From IMG/VR virus record IMGVR_UViG_2930438282_000004, positions 1 through 64,000 of that record: a stretch of DNA of 64,000 bases; one strand, 5' to 3'. Source of the DNA: a virus. Lineage: Duplodnaviria; Caudoviricetes. The notes under the pieces are model-generated. The model worked only from the letters and a program-made list of their open reading frames with translations, ran no database searches and was not told where the DNA came from. Made by a program: the position numbers and the translations under genes. Each line of letters starts with the position of its first letter. The first letter of the stretch is position 1. Shown in pieces: positions 1 to 9,695 of the stretch.

Positions 1-237
1 GTGCCACGTCCCACCCAGCCCGACGAGCGGGTCCTCGCCCGCCGCCGCGCTGTGGGCGAACGGATCCGGTCTGTCCGTGAACACCACAACCTCACCCAGC
101 TCGACGTCTGCTCTCGCAGTGGAGTTGACGTCGCGTCCTACTCGCGAATCGAGCAGGGGCACGCATCTCCCAAGCTGGACACGCTCATTCGCATCGCCGA
201 CGCGATCGGCGTCGACCTCGCTGAGCTGGTGAGGTAG
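1..237 (+). CDS. XRE-family helix-turn-helix regulator (start may lie outside the window)
   Basis: IRSVREHHNLTQLDVCSRSGVDVASYSRIEQGHASPKLDTLIRIADAIGV is a typical HTH_3 pattern. Confidence 0.85.
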   Translation: MPRPTQPDERVLARRRAVGERIRSVREHHNLTQLDVCSRSGVDVASYSRIEQGHASPKLDTLIRIADAIGVDLAELVR

Positions 238-320
238 CGGGGCGGCCGCTCTTCGCCGTCGCGGCCGCCCTGCCAGACCCGGTGCACCCCACTCTCCTCC
301 GACGAGCGCACCGGGAACCT

Positions 321-1073
321 TCAGTGCCGAGCAGCTTGCCGAGAGACGGCGGCGCCGAGCTCGTCGTCGAGGCTCACGATCGCGCAGTCGGCCAGGGCCC
401 GAACGAGCTGAGACGCCATCACCCAGCCAGCCACGGGCTCCTCGAACGCCACGACGCCCACCTCCGCCGGCACCGGACCGAGCCGGCCGGGCGCATACCG
501 GCGGCCGTACACCGCGCACACCTCCGACCGGCCGACGCGCAACGCCACGCTGCCCGCCCATAAATGGGGGCACTCGGCGCGCGCCCTGCCCACGCACGGC
601 AGGCAGATCGGCGGGTGCGTGGTGAGGAGATCCTCCGGCCAGCCTTCGTAGTCCTCGCGGTTGTCCTCGATCAGCCACAGCACGCCGCGGTGATCCTCGT
701 CGGCCGGGCCGCCGCACACCTGGCACAACAGGTCCGTCATCGCGCGGCGCTGGCGGCCGGTGTGGACCTTGCCGTACATAGGGCGGCCGACGCCGGGCGA
801 GTCGGGGCGGCGCTGCCACAGCAGTCCCCGCTCGTCCCGGTCCGAGGCGACCTCGCCCGCGTAGCCGATGCCGCCGAGCGGACGGAGCAGCACGGCCGGA
901 TCGCCAGTGAGTTCACTCGACCAGGACGTGATGAACGGGACGGTGGACGGGCGCTTGCGACAGCGCTTGTGCGTGAAGCCGGGAGGCAGCGCGCCGCCAT
1001 TCCGGTCGCGGCGGGCGTGCCGCTTGAGCGGCTCCCCGTCTTCGATTGGGTCGCCGCAGATCGTGCAGTTCAC
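321..1073 (-). CDS. Cys-rich hypothetical protein, probably zinc binding
   Basis: CTIC, LCQVCGG, PPICLPC and CPHL motifs; overlaps the stop of the upstream gene. Confidence 0.65.
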   Translation of the reverse strand: MNCTICGDPIEDGEPLKRHARRDRNGGALPPGFTHKRCRKRPSTVPFITSWSSELTGDPAVLLRPLGGIGYAGEVASDRDERGLLWQRRPDSPGVGRPMYGKVHTGRQRRAMTDLLCQVCGGPADEDHRGVLWLIEDNREDYEGWPEDLLTTHPPICLPCVGRARAECPHLWAGSVALRVGRSEVCAVYGRRYAPGRLGPVPAEVGVVAFEEPVAGWVMASQLVRALADCAIVSLDDELGAAVSRQAARH

Positions 1074-1435
1074 GCGTCGACCCCCAGCACGCGCCGCAGC
1101 TCGATGACGCGGCGGGCGAGTTCGGCGACGTGCAGCGCGCCCGCGAGCCGGCCGGAGCCCAGCTCGAAGCGGCAGGCGTACTCGGCCGAGTCGGCGGCGC
1201 TCATGAGGGCGTACCAGGTGCGCGAGCGTTCCTCGGCCTGTGCGGTGTGTTCGCGCGCGAGGGGAACGAGCCGCTCAATCTCTTTGCGGAGGAGCTGGTC
1301 GACTTCGACGAGCCGCTCGTGCGGCGGCATGCTGTGCCCGGCATCGAACGCCTCGACGATGAGGGCCGCGACCGGGTCGACCGCAAGCTCGCCGGGTGAG
1401 GAGTCTGGCGGCCGGTGGGCTGTCGCGTGCGTCAT
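1070..1435 (-). CDS. DUF6415-like hypothetical protein
   Basis: Helical 121 aa protein ending ALHVAELARRVIEL; family recalled from similar Streptomyces loci. Confidence 0.55.
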   Translation of the reverse strand: MTHATAHRPPDSSPGELAVDPVAALIVEAFDAGHSMPPHERLVEVDQLLRKEIERLVPLAREHTAQAEERSRTWYALMSAADSAEYACRFELGSGRLAGALHVAELARRVIELRRVLGVDA

Positions 1436-1664
1436 GTCGGCGCTCCTCGGGCGTTGGGCACGGCCTCGGGAGGTGCTCGTCTCGCCGGGGCTCTTCCGTC
1501 TGCCCCGACGCTAGGAGCGTGATGTACAGCACAGCCAGCGTTGTTCACGAATGTTCGCGCCAGTACTCGATTGCTGGTCACTGGCATGTTCGCGCTCTTG
1601 ACCGTGACGCCCGTCCGTATGAGCGTGTGTACATCCACGAACACGCTGAGCGTTGGAGGCCGCG

Positions 1665-1925
1665 ATGTCATTACGGTTCATCGGGATCGACCCCAACACC
1701 GGGCAGGGCGAGAGCCCGACCGTGTGGGTCGACGAGAGCAAAGGCGAACTCCTCATCCAAGGGTGGAAGCCCGACGCGGAGACCGAGGCAGAGTGCGCCA
1801 ACTTCCAGGTCCCGGGGCATGCCATCGGCATCCCCGACCACGAACAGGTCGTGCGGGTACCGGCCCGCATGGTCTCGATCCTGAGGGAGGCGTGCGATGC
1901 GGCCGAGGCTGCCCAGCTTCGCTGA
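1665..1925 (+). CDS. Small hypothetical protein upstream of the DUF6879/XRE pair
   Basis: MSLRFIGIDPNTGQGESPTVWVD...; GGAGG RBS; TTA at codon 3. Confidence 0.75.
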   Translation: MSLRFIGIDPNTGQGESPTVWVDESKGELLIQGWKPDAETEAECANFQVPGHAIGIPDHEQVVRVPARMVSILREACDAAEAAQLR

Positions 1926-2424
1926 ACTCCTCGACAGTGCTCGGGAGTCGGCCCTCCACCTGGAGATGCGGGACGCGTACGGGGTGACCACCGAGGCAGA
2001 CGCGTTCGCCCGGTGGCGGGAGACCGGCGAGACCGACACGGATCCGGAGTCACCGTACTGGCAGCCGTGGGTCGACCTCGTCCGGCGCACCGTCGCCCGC
2101 GGCGTGGACGTACGCCGGGCCCGCATCGTGTCCGAGCCGGTCACCGACTACATCCGCTACGAGCACGCCGGGACCGTGGTCAACGTGGGCGCGGGCGAAC
2201 AGGTCCGCTGGCTGCCCCGCCGGAAGGCCAGCGACATTGCCCTGCCCGGGAACGACTTCTGGCTGATCGACGGACGCCTCATCCGCTGGAACCACTTCAC
2301 AGGGGACGGGGCCAGCGCGCCCGGCGAGATAAGCGAGGACCCTGCCGCGGCCCGGCTGTGCGCCGACGCCTTCGAAGCGGTGTGGGCTCGAGGAATCCCG
2401 CACGATGAATACAAGATCAGCTAG
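1897..2424 (+). CDS. DUF6879-family protein
   Basis: SALHLEMRDAY, RRARIVSEPVTDYIRYEH, VRWLPRR, LPGNDFWLID motifs. Confidence 0.8.
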   Translation: MRPRLPSFAELLDSARESALHLEMRDAYGVTTEADAFARWRETGETDTDPESPYWQPWVDLVRRTVARGVDVRRARIVSEPVTDYIRYEHAGTVVNVGAGEQVRWLPRRKASDIALPGNDFWLIDGRLIRWNHFTGDGASAPGEISEDPAAARLCADAFEAVWARGIPHDEYKIS

Positions 2425-2451
2425 CACGAACGAAGGGCCCAGCCGCACCAC

Positions 2452-3300
2452 ATGGCTACCTCCCCGTCCTCCTCGGCGCAGGCCGCGCGTGAACGAGTCG
2501 CGCGACGCCTGCGAGACCTGCGCGCCGACGCAGGCCTGACCGGGACCGAGCTGGCCGCGCGGTGCGGCTGGACCCACCCCAAGACGAGCCGCCTGGAGAA
2601 CGGGCGCACCCCGCCGTCACCGGACGACATCCGCCGCTGGTGCCTCGCATGCGGCGCCGACGGCCAGGCCGACGACATCATCGCGCAGTCCCGGGACGCC
2701 GAGTCCGCCTACATGGAGTGGCGGCGACAGGTGCGCACCGGACTGAAGCGGCTTCAGGACAGCTACATCGACCTGTACCGCAGCACAGAACTGTTCCGGA
2801 TCTACTCGCCCACCCTCGTGCCCGGCCTGCTCCAGACCGAGGGCTACGCCCGCGCCATCCTCACCGGGGTCGCCGCCCTGTACGACGCACCCAACGATGC
2901 GGACCAGGCCGCGGCCGCACGCCTGGAACGGTCGAAGATCGTGCACGAGCCCGGCCACCGGTTCGTCATGGTCATCGAAGAGAGCGTCCTCTACCACCGG
3001 CTCGGCGACACGGATGCGATGGCCGCGCAGCTCGGCTACCTCCTCACTGCCGGTGCGCTGCCGGCGGTCTCCCTCGGCATCGTCCCGCATGCCGTCGAGC
3101 GGACGCTGTGGCCGCAGGAGCTGTTCCACGTCTATGACGACCAGCTGGTGTCGGTGGAGCTGATGTCGGCGAGGGTGCGGGTCACCCAGCCTTCTGAAGT
3201 CGCGCTGTATCTGACGGCGTTCGAGCAGCTGCGCAGCATGGCCGTCTATGGCGGTGCGGCGCGGGCGTTGATCCTGAAGGCCATTGAGGCGCTGGCCTGA
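2452..3300 (+). CDS. XRE HTH plus DUF5753 regulator
   Basis: N-terminal HTH, then VPGLLQTEGYARA, the DUF5753 signature. Confidence 0.9.
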   Translation: MATSPSSSAQAARERVARRLRDLRADAGLTGTELAARCGWTHPKTSRLENGRTPPSPDDIRRWCLACGADGQADDIIAQSRDAESAYMEWRRQVRTGLKRLQDSYIDLYRSTELFRIYSPTLVPGLLQTEGYARAILTGVAALYDAPNDADQAAAARLERSKIVHEPGHRFVMVIEESVLYHRLGDTDAMAAQLGYLLTAGALPAVSLGIVPHAVERTLWPQELFHVYDDQLVSVELMSARVRVTQPSEVALYLTAFEQLRSMAVYGGAARALILKAIEALA

Positions 3301-3310
3301 TCCCTGGCAT

Positions 3311-3350
3311 GAGAAAGGGCCCTACCGTCGAAGCGGTGGGGCCCCTTCTC
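3311..3350. terminator. Hairpin between convergent genes
   Basis: GAGAAAGGGCCCTACCG-tcgaag-CGGTGGGGCCCCTTCTC imperfect inverted repeat. Confidence 0.7.
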
Positions 3351-3351
3351 G

Positions 3352-3720
3352 TCAGGTGCTGATGTCGTGCAGGTAGGGCGCTACCTCGTCCGGCATCGGC
3401 TGCGGTGGAGGAGGCGGCTCCAGCTGAGCCCGTCGCATGTACCCCACCAGGGACCGGGCCCACCCGGCCAGGTAGCGGATCGCGAAGTCCTGCGCGGTGA
3501 TCCTGGCCCTGTCGCGTTCTGCCTCCTCTTCCAGCTCGTCGATCTTCTCGCCCTGCCGCGTGATCTCCCGCTCCATGCGGTCCGTGACCGCAGTGAAGTC
3601 ATCGCGGCGGGACTGCCCGCGTGGCTGGCGGCGCCCCACGATGGCCGTCACGACTCCACCTACAGCGGTCACCATCGCCACAGCGAGCGCGCTCACCGCG
3701 GTCAGCATCTCAGGACTCAC
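3352..3720 (-). CDS. Lysis-cassette membrane and coiled-coil protein
   Basis: N-terminal TM helix followed by coiled coil; downstream of holin. Confidence 0.7.
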   Translation of the reverse strand: MSPEMLTAVSALAVAMVTAVGGVVTAIVGRRQPRGQSRRDDFTAVTDRMEREITRQGEKIDELEEEAERDRARITAQDFAIRYLAGWARSLVGYMRRAQLEPPPPPQPMPDEVAPYLHDIST

Positions 3721-4138
3721 GCGGCAGATCCGTTCTCGCAGGGGGTTCGTCCCAGCCGATCACCACAAGGCAGACCAGGCCGAACGCGCCGAAGATTGCA
3801 GCGGGGATCCAGCCCCGCTCGTACTCGCCAAGCGGCCACCACGCCACGAGGTAGCCCATCGACCATGGGGCGGTGATCGCCCACACGGCCAGGTATCCGG
3901 GCCAGTCCCGGGACCGGGGCAGCCACGCGCAGAACAGTGCGACCGCCCCGGCCGTGATCCACGCCCACGCCCACGCGTTGAGGGGCATCAGCTTCAGCAG
4001 CAGCCGCAACCCGCTCCGGTCCGGGACCGGTTGGGTGAGCTGCCCGTAGCCGTACAGGACAGCGATCGTGCCCTTCAGGGCGAGGATGGTGCCGCGGCGG
4101 CCCAGCCGCCTGGAGAGCCGCCGGACCGCCGGGCGCAT
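3710..4138 (-). CDS. Lysis-cassette multi-pass membrane protein
   Basis: About four hydrophobic Trp-rich segments; translationally coupled to neighbours. Confidence 0.7.
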   Translation of the reverse strand: MRPAVRRLSRRLGRRGTILALKGTIAVLYGYGQLTQPVPDRSGLRLLLKLMPLNAWAWAWITAGAVALFCAWLPRSRDWPGYLAVWAITAPWSMGYLVAWWPLGEYERGWIPAAIFGAFGLVCLVVIGWDEPPARTDLPRES

Positions 4139-4410
4139 CAGACTCCCTTGGCCAGGGACGCGGAGTTCTTCGAGCCGAAGGCCCGGGCGACCATGCCCTT
4201 CAGGAGCGAGCCGGCTGCGGCGACGCCGGCCGCGCCCATCGTCTGCCAGAAGCTGGCGTGGAACATGTCGGCAGGTCCGGCCACGATGCCGACGCCGGAC
4301 GCGGCGACGACGAACGTGGAGATGGTGCGCTCGGCGAGGTCGCGGGCGTAGGCGACGCCGGTCTTCACGATGGTGTCGGCGTCCGGCAGGTTGATCTCAG
4401 GCTGGGACAT
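4138..4410 (-). CDS. Holin (r1t-like)
   Basis: 90 aa from ATG 4410; DLAERTISTFV, two TM helices, SASL near the C-terminus; follows the endolysin. Confidence 0.8.
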   Translation of the reverse strand: MSQPEINLPDADTIVKTGVAYARDLAERTISTFVVAASGVGIVAGPADMFHASFWQTMGAAGVAAAGSLLKGMVARAFGSKNSASLAKGV

Positions 4411-4466
4411 GACGGTCCTTTCAGGAACGGTGGATCGGCTCAGGCCGTGGCGGTCGCCGCGGCCGG

Positions 4467-5549
4467 TCAGGAGAGGAGCAGGTTCCAGGTCTGCGGGCCC
4501 GGGTAGCCGTCCGCGTCGCCTGCCAGGGAGGGGGTGGCGCGCTGGAAGTCGCGCACGTTCAGGCGGGTGTTCTCGCTGAACAGAGGACCGGGAACGTACT
4601 TGGCGCCGGCGTGGTGGCGTGCCCAGCCCTTGCGGATCAGGCCGCCGTCGAGCGTCACTACGGCGGGGTTGGACTTGCCGACGGCGAACGCCGACCGGCC
4701 CGGGAACGGCGGCACCGTGCTCGTGGTCTTCCCGGGGAGCTTGCCGAGCAGCTGGTGGAGGCTGACCTCGCCGGGTACGCCGTCCGCGTCCTGGTGCGGG
4801 GCGGTGCCCTTGTAGCCGAGGGACAGTTGGAAGTCGCTGAAGTTCTCGGTGTCGGAGTCCGTCCACTCCGGGCCGGGGCCGACGCTGTAGTGCTTGCCGA
4901 AGCCGCGCTTCACCAGGGCGTTGCCGACTGCCGTGACGTGGGAGCCGGTTGCGCCGTGGCCGTACTTCAGGCCGTTGATCGTCACCTGGTAGCGGGCGAT
5001 GCCGCCGGTGCCGTTCTGTGGGGGTGTGCCGTCCGGTCGGCGCGCGCCCGCGTGGACCCACTTGTACAGGGCATCCCCGGGGCAGGCGGTCGCGTAGCCG
5101 TCACGGTGGCCGAGGATCTCGCTGCCCGCGCTGCCGCCCGTGCGTAGCCACTGGATCGCGTCGACGATGCCGTCGAGCATGGCGTCCGGAGGTGCGACGA
5201 GGCCGGAGGATCCGAGCATCGCGCAGACCGCGTAGTCCTTGGCGTTGAGCTCCTGGTTGCCGTTCGCGCCCGTCTTGCGGTGCAGGCCGCGGCCCTCGAA
5301 GACGTAGCCGTGGGGGCAGACGACAGCGTTGTACGCGATGTCGCTGTAGTCCTCCTTCACGTTGGCCAGGTGGCTGGCCTGGATGTCCCGCATGTGGTCG
5401 GCGCATGAGCCGTGCGCGCCAGGGTCGGCCAGGGACTTGGCGACGTAGGCGCCTTCGTAGTGGATCTTGACGCCCTTGGTGCTGGCGATCGAGACGAGTG
5501 AGTAGCGGGGCGGGCGGGCGCCCCATTGAGATCGGGTGACAAGTTTCAT
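4467..5549 (-). CDS. Endolysin: N-acetylmuramoyl-L-alanine amidase with C-terminal peptidoglycan-binding repeats
   Basis: SDIAYNAVV...VFEGRG, GHRDGYATACPGD; two ADGxPG repeats. Confidence 0.92.
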   Translation of the reverse strand: MKLVTRSQWGARPPRYSLVSIASTKGVKIHYEGAYVAKSLADPGAHGSCADHMRDIQASHLANVKEDYSDIAYNAVVCPHGYVFEGRGLHRKTGANGNQELNAKDYAVCAMLGSSGLVAPPDAMLDGIVDAIQWLRTGGSAGSEILGHRDGYATACPGDALYKWVHAGARRPDGTPPQNGTGGIARYQVTINGLKYGHGATGSHVTAVGNALVKRGFGKHYSVGPGPEWTDSDTENFSDFQLSLGYKGTAPHQDADGVPGEVSLHQLLGKLPGKTTSTVPPFPGRSAFAVGKSNPAVVTLDGGLIRKGWARHHAGAKYVPGPLFSENTRLNVRDFQRATPSLAGDADGYPGPQTWNLLLS

Positions 5550-5651
5550 CGGTCCCCCTCAGGACTACATTTTCCTTTGAATCGTAGACCGACACCCCCA
5601 TTTAGCCTACGAATCTTAGGTATCATCTCGGCTAGGTTCTTGCTCAGGGAC

Positions 5652-5693
5652 CGGTGGCAGGGGTGTGGCCGTGCGGGTCTGCACCTCTGCCAC
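5652..5693 (+). other. Hairpin in the leader of the plus-strand glycosylation operon
   Basis: GGTGGCAGGGGTGTGGCC...GGTCTGCACCTCTGCCACT pairs with G-U wobbles. Confidence 0.45.
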
Positions 5694-5745
5694 TCCAAAA
5701 GCCCGCGCCAGCCCGCACACGAAAACCCGCACCCTGGAGTCACCC

Positions 5746-5961
5746 ATGAGCGACCCGACTTACCGGGACTTGGCCACCCGTTCTCTTGACCAGGCAGCGC
5801 AGGACGTCAACGAAATGCCGCGAGGCATCGTGAGCGCGGTGGAGATCCAATCCCGGGCGTCGAAGGCGCAGGCCATCGCCACTATCGCTGTCGCGCAAGC
5901 CCTGTTGGAGATCGGCGACGTGCTACGCCAGGCGCACAGCGGCAGCTCGGATCAGTCATGA
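5746..5961 (+). CDS. Hypothetical protein, first gene of the plus-strand operon
   Basis: GGAG RBS; ATGA overlap with the next gene. Confidence 0.65.
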   Translation: MSDPTYRDLATRSLDQAAQDVNEMPRGIVSAVEIQSRASKAQAIATIAVAQALLEIGDVLRQAHSGSSDQS

Positions 5962-6227
5962 GCCCCGAGCTGAAGGCCGCGTATGCGCGGCTCGCGGGAG
6001 CCATCGAGGAGACAGCGCGGCTCGAAGGCGCAGAAGGTGTGCTCACCGAGTGGGTCGTCGTGTTCGCCACTCAGGGCTACGACGACGACGGTGACGGAGT
6101 CACCCAGATCGGGACCGCCCTTCCCGACGGAGGCGGACACGTCCCCTATCACCGGCTCATGGGCCTGCTGGACTACGCGCTCACCCGCTGCCGGGCCGTC
6201 GTCGCGGACGAGGACGGCGAGTCATGA
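5958..6227 (+). CDS. Hypothetical phage protein
   Basis: ATGA-coupled; LTEWVVV...PYHRLMGLLDYA. Confidence 0.7.
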   Translation: MSPELKAAYARLAGAIEETARLEGAEGVLTEWVVVFATQGYDDDGDGVTQIGTALPDGGGHVPYHRLMGLLDYALTRCRAVVADEDGES

Positions 6228-6730
6228 CCGGCCCGTGCCCACGCCCGGAATGTGGCGGCGAGGTCCACACCGACGGCTGGGGCACCCCCATCCAATGCCC
6301 CGCATCGCGCCGCTGCCCGCGCTGTGACTGCGCGGACGGGCACACCCAGTGCGAGCACTGCAAGACCTGCACCTACGCGGTCCCCGGCGCGGGCGGCCTG
6401 ACCGTGGGCGTCACCCGCGTCCATACCGACACCGGCAGCCACATCGAGCCGGAACTCGATGAGGCCTGGGACGAAGAGACCAAACTCCGCTGGCACGCCG
6501 CCGTCGTCGCCCACGACACCGGACTCACCATCGAAGTCCACCCCCACACCGAGTCGGCCAGCCGCACCCAGTACGGCATCAACATCGGGTCGATCCGCGA
6601 AGGCGGCCAGACCTCCCTCGCCGCGCGCCCCTACTACGCCGCCTGGAACGCCCTCACCCACATCAGCATCGGCGCTGAGGCGGCACGCCGCGCTATCGCC
6701 CACCACAACAGCAAGGAGCAAGAGGCATGA
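6224..6730 (+). CDS. Hypothetical protein with Cys-rich N-terminus
   Basis: ATGA-coupled on both sides; several CxxC motifs. Confidence 0.65.
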   Translation: MTGPCPRPECGGEVHTDGWGTPIQCPASRRCPRCDCADGHTQCEHCKTCTYAVPGAGGLTVGVTRVHTDTGSHIEPELDEAWDEETKLRWHAAVVAHDTGLTIEVHPHTESASRTQYGINIGSIREGGQTSLAARPYYAAWNALTHISIGAEAARRAIAHHNSKEQEA

Positions 6731-7809
6731 AGGTACTGGTCACCGGAGGCTCGGGCTTCATCGCCTCATGGATCCGCCGCGAACTCGCCGCCTGCGGCCA
6801 CCAGGTGCTCGTCTTCGACCACCAGGACCGCCGCCAGCAGCTGGCCGACGGCGAAGAGTTCTTCCTCGGCGACGTCCGCGACGCCACCACCGTCACCGAA
6901 GCCGCCGCCCACGTCGACGGCATCATCCACCTCGCCGCCGTCCTCGGCACGCAGGAGACCATCAACAACCCGCGTCCGTCCGCCGAGACGAACATCCTCG
7001 GCTCCCTCAACGTGTTCGAGGCGGCCACTCAGTACAGCCTGCCCGTCGTCTACGCCGGCGTCGGCAACCACGCCATGCGGCTGATCGGCACCGGCTGCTA
7101 CACGATCACCAAGAGCGCGGCCGAGGATCTGGCCCGCATGTACAACCTCTACCGGGACGGCGGGAGGATCACGATCGTCCGCCCGGTCAACGCGTACGGG
7201 CCGGGCCAGTCCGTCGCTGCGCCGTACGGCACGTCCAAAGTGCGGAAGATCCTGCCCGCTTTCACCTGCCGCGCCCTCACCGGGACGGAGATCGAGGTGT
7301 ACGGCGACGGCACCCAGATCAGCGACTGCGTATACGTCGGCGACGTTGCCCGCGTTTTCGTGCAGGCGTTGGAGCACACCGCCGAGTACGGGCCCACCGA
7401 GCGGCCCGTCGAGGTCGGCCCGCTGGAGTCGCGGACCGTCAACGACATCGCGCGCCTCGTCGCCGAGCAGGCCGCACTGTTCACCGGCCTGGAGCCCGTC
7501 GGCGTCAAGCACCTGCCGATGCGGCCGGGTGAGGTGCCCAACGCTGTCGTCTCCTCGGACACGTCGACGCTGCAGCAGATCGGCATGACCGCCGCGGACT
7601 TCGTGTCCCTCGACCTGGGCATCCGGCGGACCGTCGACTACTACGCCACTCAGTGGCTGCCCGGTTACCGCGAGCAGGGCCCTTCGCATAGCAAAGGAGG
7701 CGTCCTTCAGCCTGGATCGGTGACGGTCACCATGCAGTCGGGCGACCAGATCCTGAGCGCAGCCGAGGTTGCTCGTGCTGTGACGCGCGACCGACTCGGC
7801 CGGGCGTGA
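6727..7809 (+). CDS. NAD-dependent NDP-sugar epimerase/dehydratase (extended SDR)
   Basis: VLVTGGSGFIA, IIHLAA, YTITK (YxxxK), NAYGPGQ, VYGDGTQISDCVYVGDVA. Confidence 0.95.
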   Translation: MKVLVTGGSGFIASWIRRELAACGHQVLVFDHQDRRQQLADGEEFFLGDVRDATTVTEAAAHVDGIIHLAAVLGTQETINNPRPSAETNILGSLNVFEAATQYSLPVVYAGVGNHAMRLIGTGCYTITKSAAEDLARMYNLYRDGGRITIVRPVNAYGPGQSVAAPYGTSKVRKILPAFTCRALTGTEIEVYGDGTQISDCVYVGDVARVFVQALEHTAEYGPTERPVEVGPLESRTVNDIARLVAEQAALFTGLEPVGVKHLPMRPGEVPNAVVSSDTSTLQQIGMTAADFVSLDLGIRRTVDYYATQWLPGYREQGPSHSKGGVLQPGSVTVTMQSGDQILSAAEVARAVTRDRLGRA

Positions 7810-7822
7810 GGAGGGGACATCA

Positions 7823-8680
7823 GTGGCCCGTTTGCAGATCCTGCAACTCCCCGAAGGCGCCGACGATGAGCGGCCGCCGTTCGCCCTCGTCATCGACCAG
7901 TACCAGCCGCGCCGCTATGTGATGGCGCTTGGCATGGATGAGGAGCCTGAGCCCGCCAACGAGTTCGACGGCCTCGCCGAGGAGATCGGCGCGCGCAGCG
8001 TGCTCGTCTTCCACGAACCCGTCGAGATCCCCGCCAACGCGCAGTCGGCCGTGCCGGTCGACTACCCGGAGCCGCAGCCGGACGCCGAGATCATCCACGC
8101 CCACGAGCAGACCCGGCTCGCCCTGTGCGACGCCCTGCTCCTGTCCCGCGATACGACGTGGCACCAGATCGTCGAGCAGGCCGCCGCGCGGCAGCGGGAG
8201 ATCGCCACCCGCGCGCAGCGCCTCCACGAGAGGGAGGGCCGGCCGGACCAGTACAAGACCGCCCTCACCGACGCCCTCGGCATGGACCGCCTCCGCGACT
8301 GGGACGACATCCTCAACGCCGCCGCCGGCCTGCGCCGGTCCCGCCGCCAGCTGGAGACGGAACGCGATGAGGCACGCACGTGGGCGCGGCACGGCTATGA
8401 GATCGGGCAGAAGCACTGCGGCTGGTCCGATCACGGTGTTGCCCCTGCTTGGCTCACGGAAGGCTGGCCGCCGCACATTGAAGCGTGTGAGCACCTGAAG
8501 CAGATGGCCGAGTTCGACGAGGCCCTCGCCCGCGTCCGCAGCATGCCTGAGCAGCCCGCGTCGGTGGACGCGAACAAGCCCTACATGGAGGACTACCTCC
8601 AGGGCTATGGCGCGGGTGTCCGAGCTGCCAAGCGTGTTGTCCAAGGCGAGCTGGCTCGGGCCGCCGAGGGCGGGGTCTGA
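7823..8680 (+). CDS. Hypothetical coiled-coil phage protein
   Basis: GGAGG RBS; typical high-GC3 codon use. Confidence 0.7.
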   Translation: MARLQILQLPEGADDERPPFALVIDQYQPRRYVMALGMDEEPEPANEFDGLAEEIGARSVLVFHEPVEIPANAQSAVPVDYPEPQPDAEIIHAHEQTRLALCDALLLSRDTTWHQIVEQAAARQREIATRAQRLHEREGRPDQYKTALTDALGMDRLRDWDDILNAAAGLRRSRRQLETERDEARTWARHGYEIGQKHCGWSDHGVAPAWLTEGWPPHIEACEHLKQMAEFDEALARVRSMPEQPASVDANKPYMEDYLQGYGAGVRAAKRVVQGELARAAEGGV

Positions 8681-8681
8681 C

Positions 8682-9695
8682 GTGCGGATCCATTTCTGGT
8701 CGGCAGACACGGCAGGTTCATCCTTCTACAGGGCGACCTTGCCCGGCATGAGCCTGCAATGGCTCGGCCACAACGTCACCGGCGGCGTCCGCCTTCCCCA
8801 GGACTGGCCGTACGTCGACGCGATCGTCGGCTGTCGAGTCGCCCAACGCGACCCGTCCTTGATGTGGCACAAGCTCAAGGCCGAGGGGAAGCGGCTGGTC
8901 CTCGACCTCGACGACGACTACTTCCACATCGACCCCAGCAACACGCACGCCCGCCAGGTGTGGGACACGGACATGCTCGGCCGGCTCGTCGCGAACATGC
9001 AGGTCGCCGACCTCGTCACGTGCTGCACCGAGCCCCTGGCCGACGTGCTCCGCAACTACGCGCCCGACGTGCGCGTCATCCCCAACGGGCTGCCTGCGCA
9101 GTACCTCGGCCACCCGCGGGATTACGAGGCCGATGGGCGGCCGTTGTTCGTCGGCTGGGCCGGCACCTCGTCCACCGTCGCCGAGCTGCCCGAAGCCGTG
9201 CGCGCCCTGAACCGGATCGCCGAGTACCCGAGGCCGGGCGGCGGGGTGCAGGTGCGGATCGTCGGGATCACCCCGGAGCACGCCATGTCGCTTGGCCTTC
9301 GAGGCCGGCGGGTGGGGGCGCTGGGCTGGGTGGAGCGGTTGGAGCACTACCTGCATGCGGTCGGTGAGTTCGACGTGTGGTGCGCCCCCTACCGGGACAC
9401 GGCGTTCAACCGGGCGAAGTACCCGACGAAGTTCCTGGAGTCGTCGATCCTCGGCATCCCGCTCATCGCGTCGGACATCGAGCCGTACCGGCGGGTGATC
9501 CGGCACGGGGAGAACGGCTTCCTGGTGAAGCGCGAGCACGAGTGGGGGAAGTACCTCAAGCTGCTCGCGGACGATCCGGGCCTGCGTCAGCAGATCGGGA
9601 TGGCGGCGCGGGGCGAGGCGTCGGGCAGCATCATGCAGGCGCTGCACGTGCAGTGGGAGGCGGCCCTCCGTACGCCCGAGGTGGTTGCGGCGTGA
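8682..9695 (+). CDS. Glycosyltransferase, GT-B fold (GT4-like)
   Basis: VLDLDDDYF, VIPNGLP, VGWAG, FNRAKYPTKFLE, GIPLIASD, IRHGENGFLV. Confidence 0.9.
   Translation: MRIHFWSADTAGSSFYRATLPGMSLQWLGHNVTGGVRLPQDWPYVDAIVGCRVAQRDPSLMWHKLKAEGKRLVLDLDDDYFHIDPSNTHARQVWDTDMLGRLVANMQVADLVTCCTEPLADVLRNYAPDVRVIPNGLPAQYLGHPRDYEADGRPLFVGWAGTSSTVAELPEAVRALNRIAEYPRPGGGVQVRIVGITPEHAMSLGLRGRRVGALGWVERLEHYLHAVGEFDVWCAPYRDTAFNRAKYPTKFLESSILGIPLIASDIEPYRRVIRHGENGFLVKREHEWGKYLKLLADDPGLRQQIGMAARGEASGSIMQALHVQWEAALRTPEVVAA

Noticed and set aside
1541-1560. Possible SOS box upstream of the 1070-1435 gene
   Set aside because: Only one half-site (CGAAC) matches the consensus.
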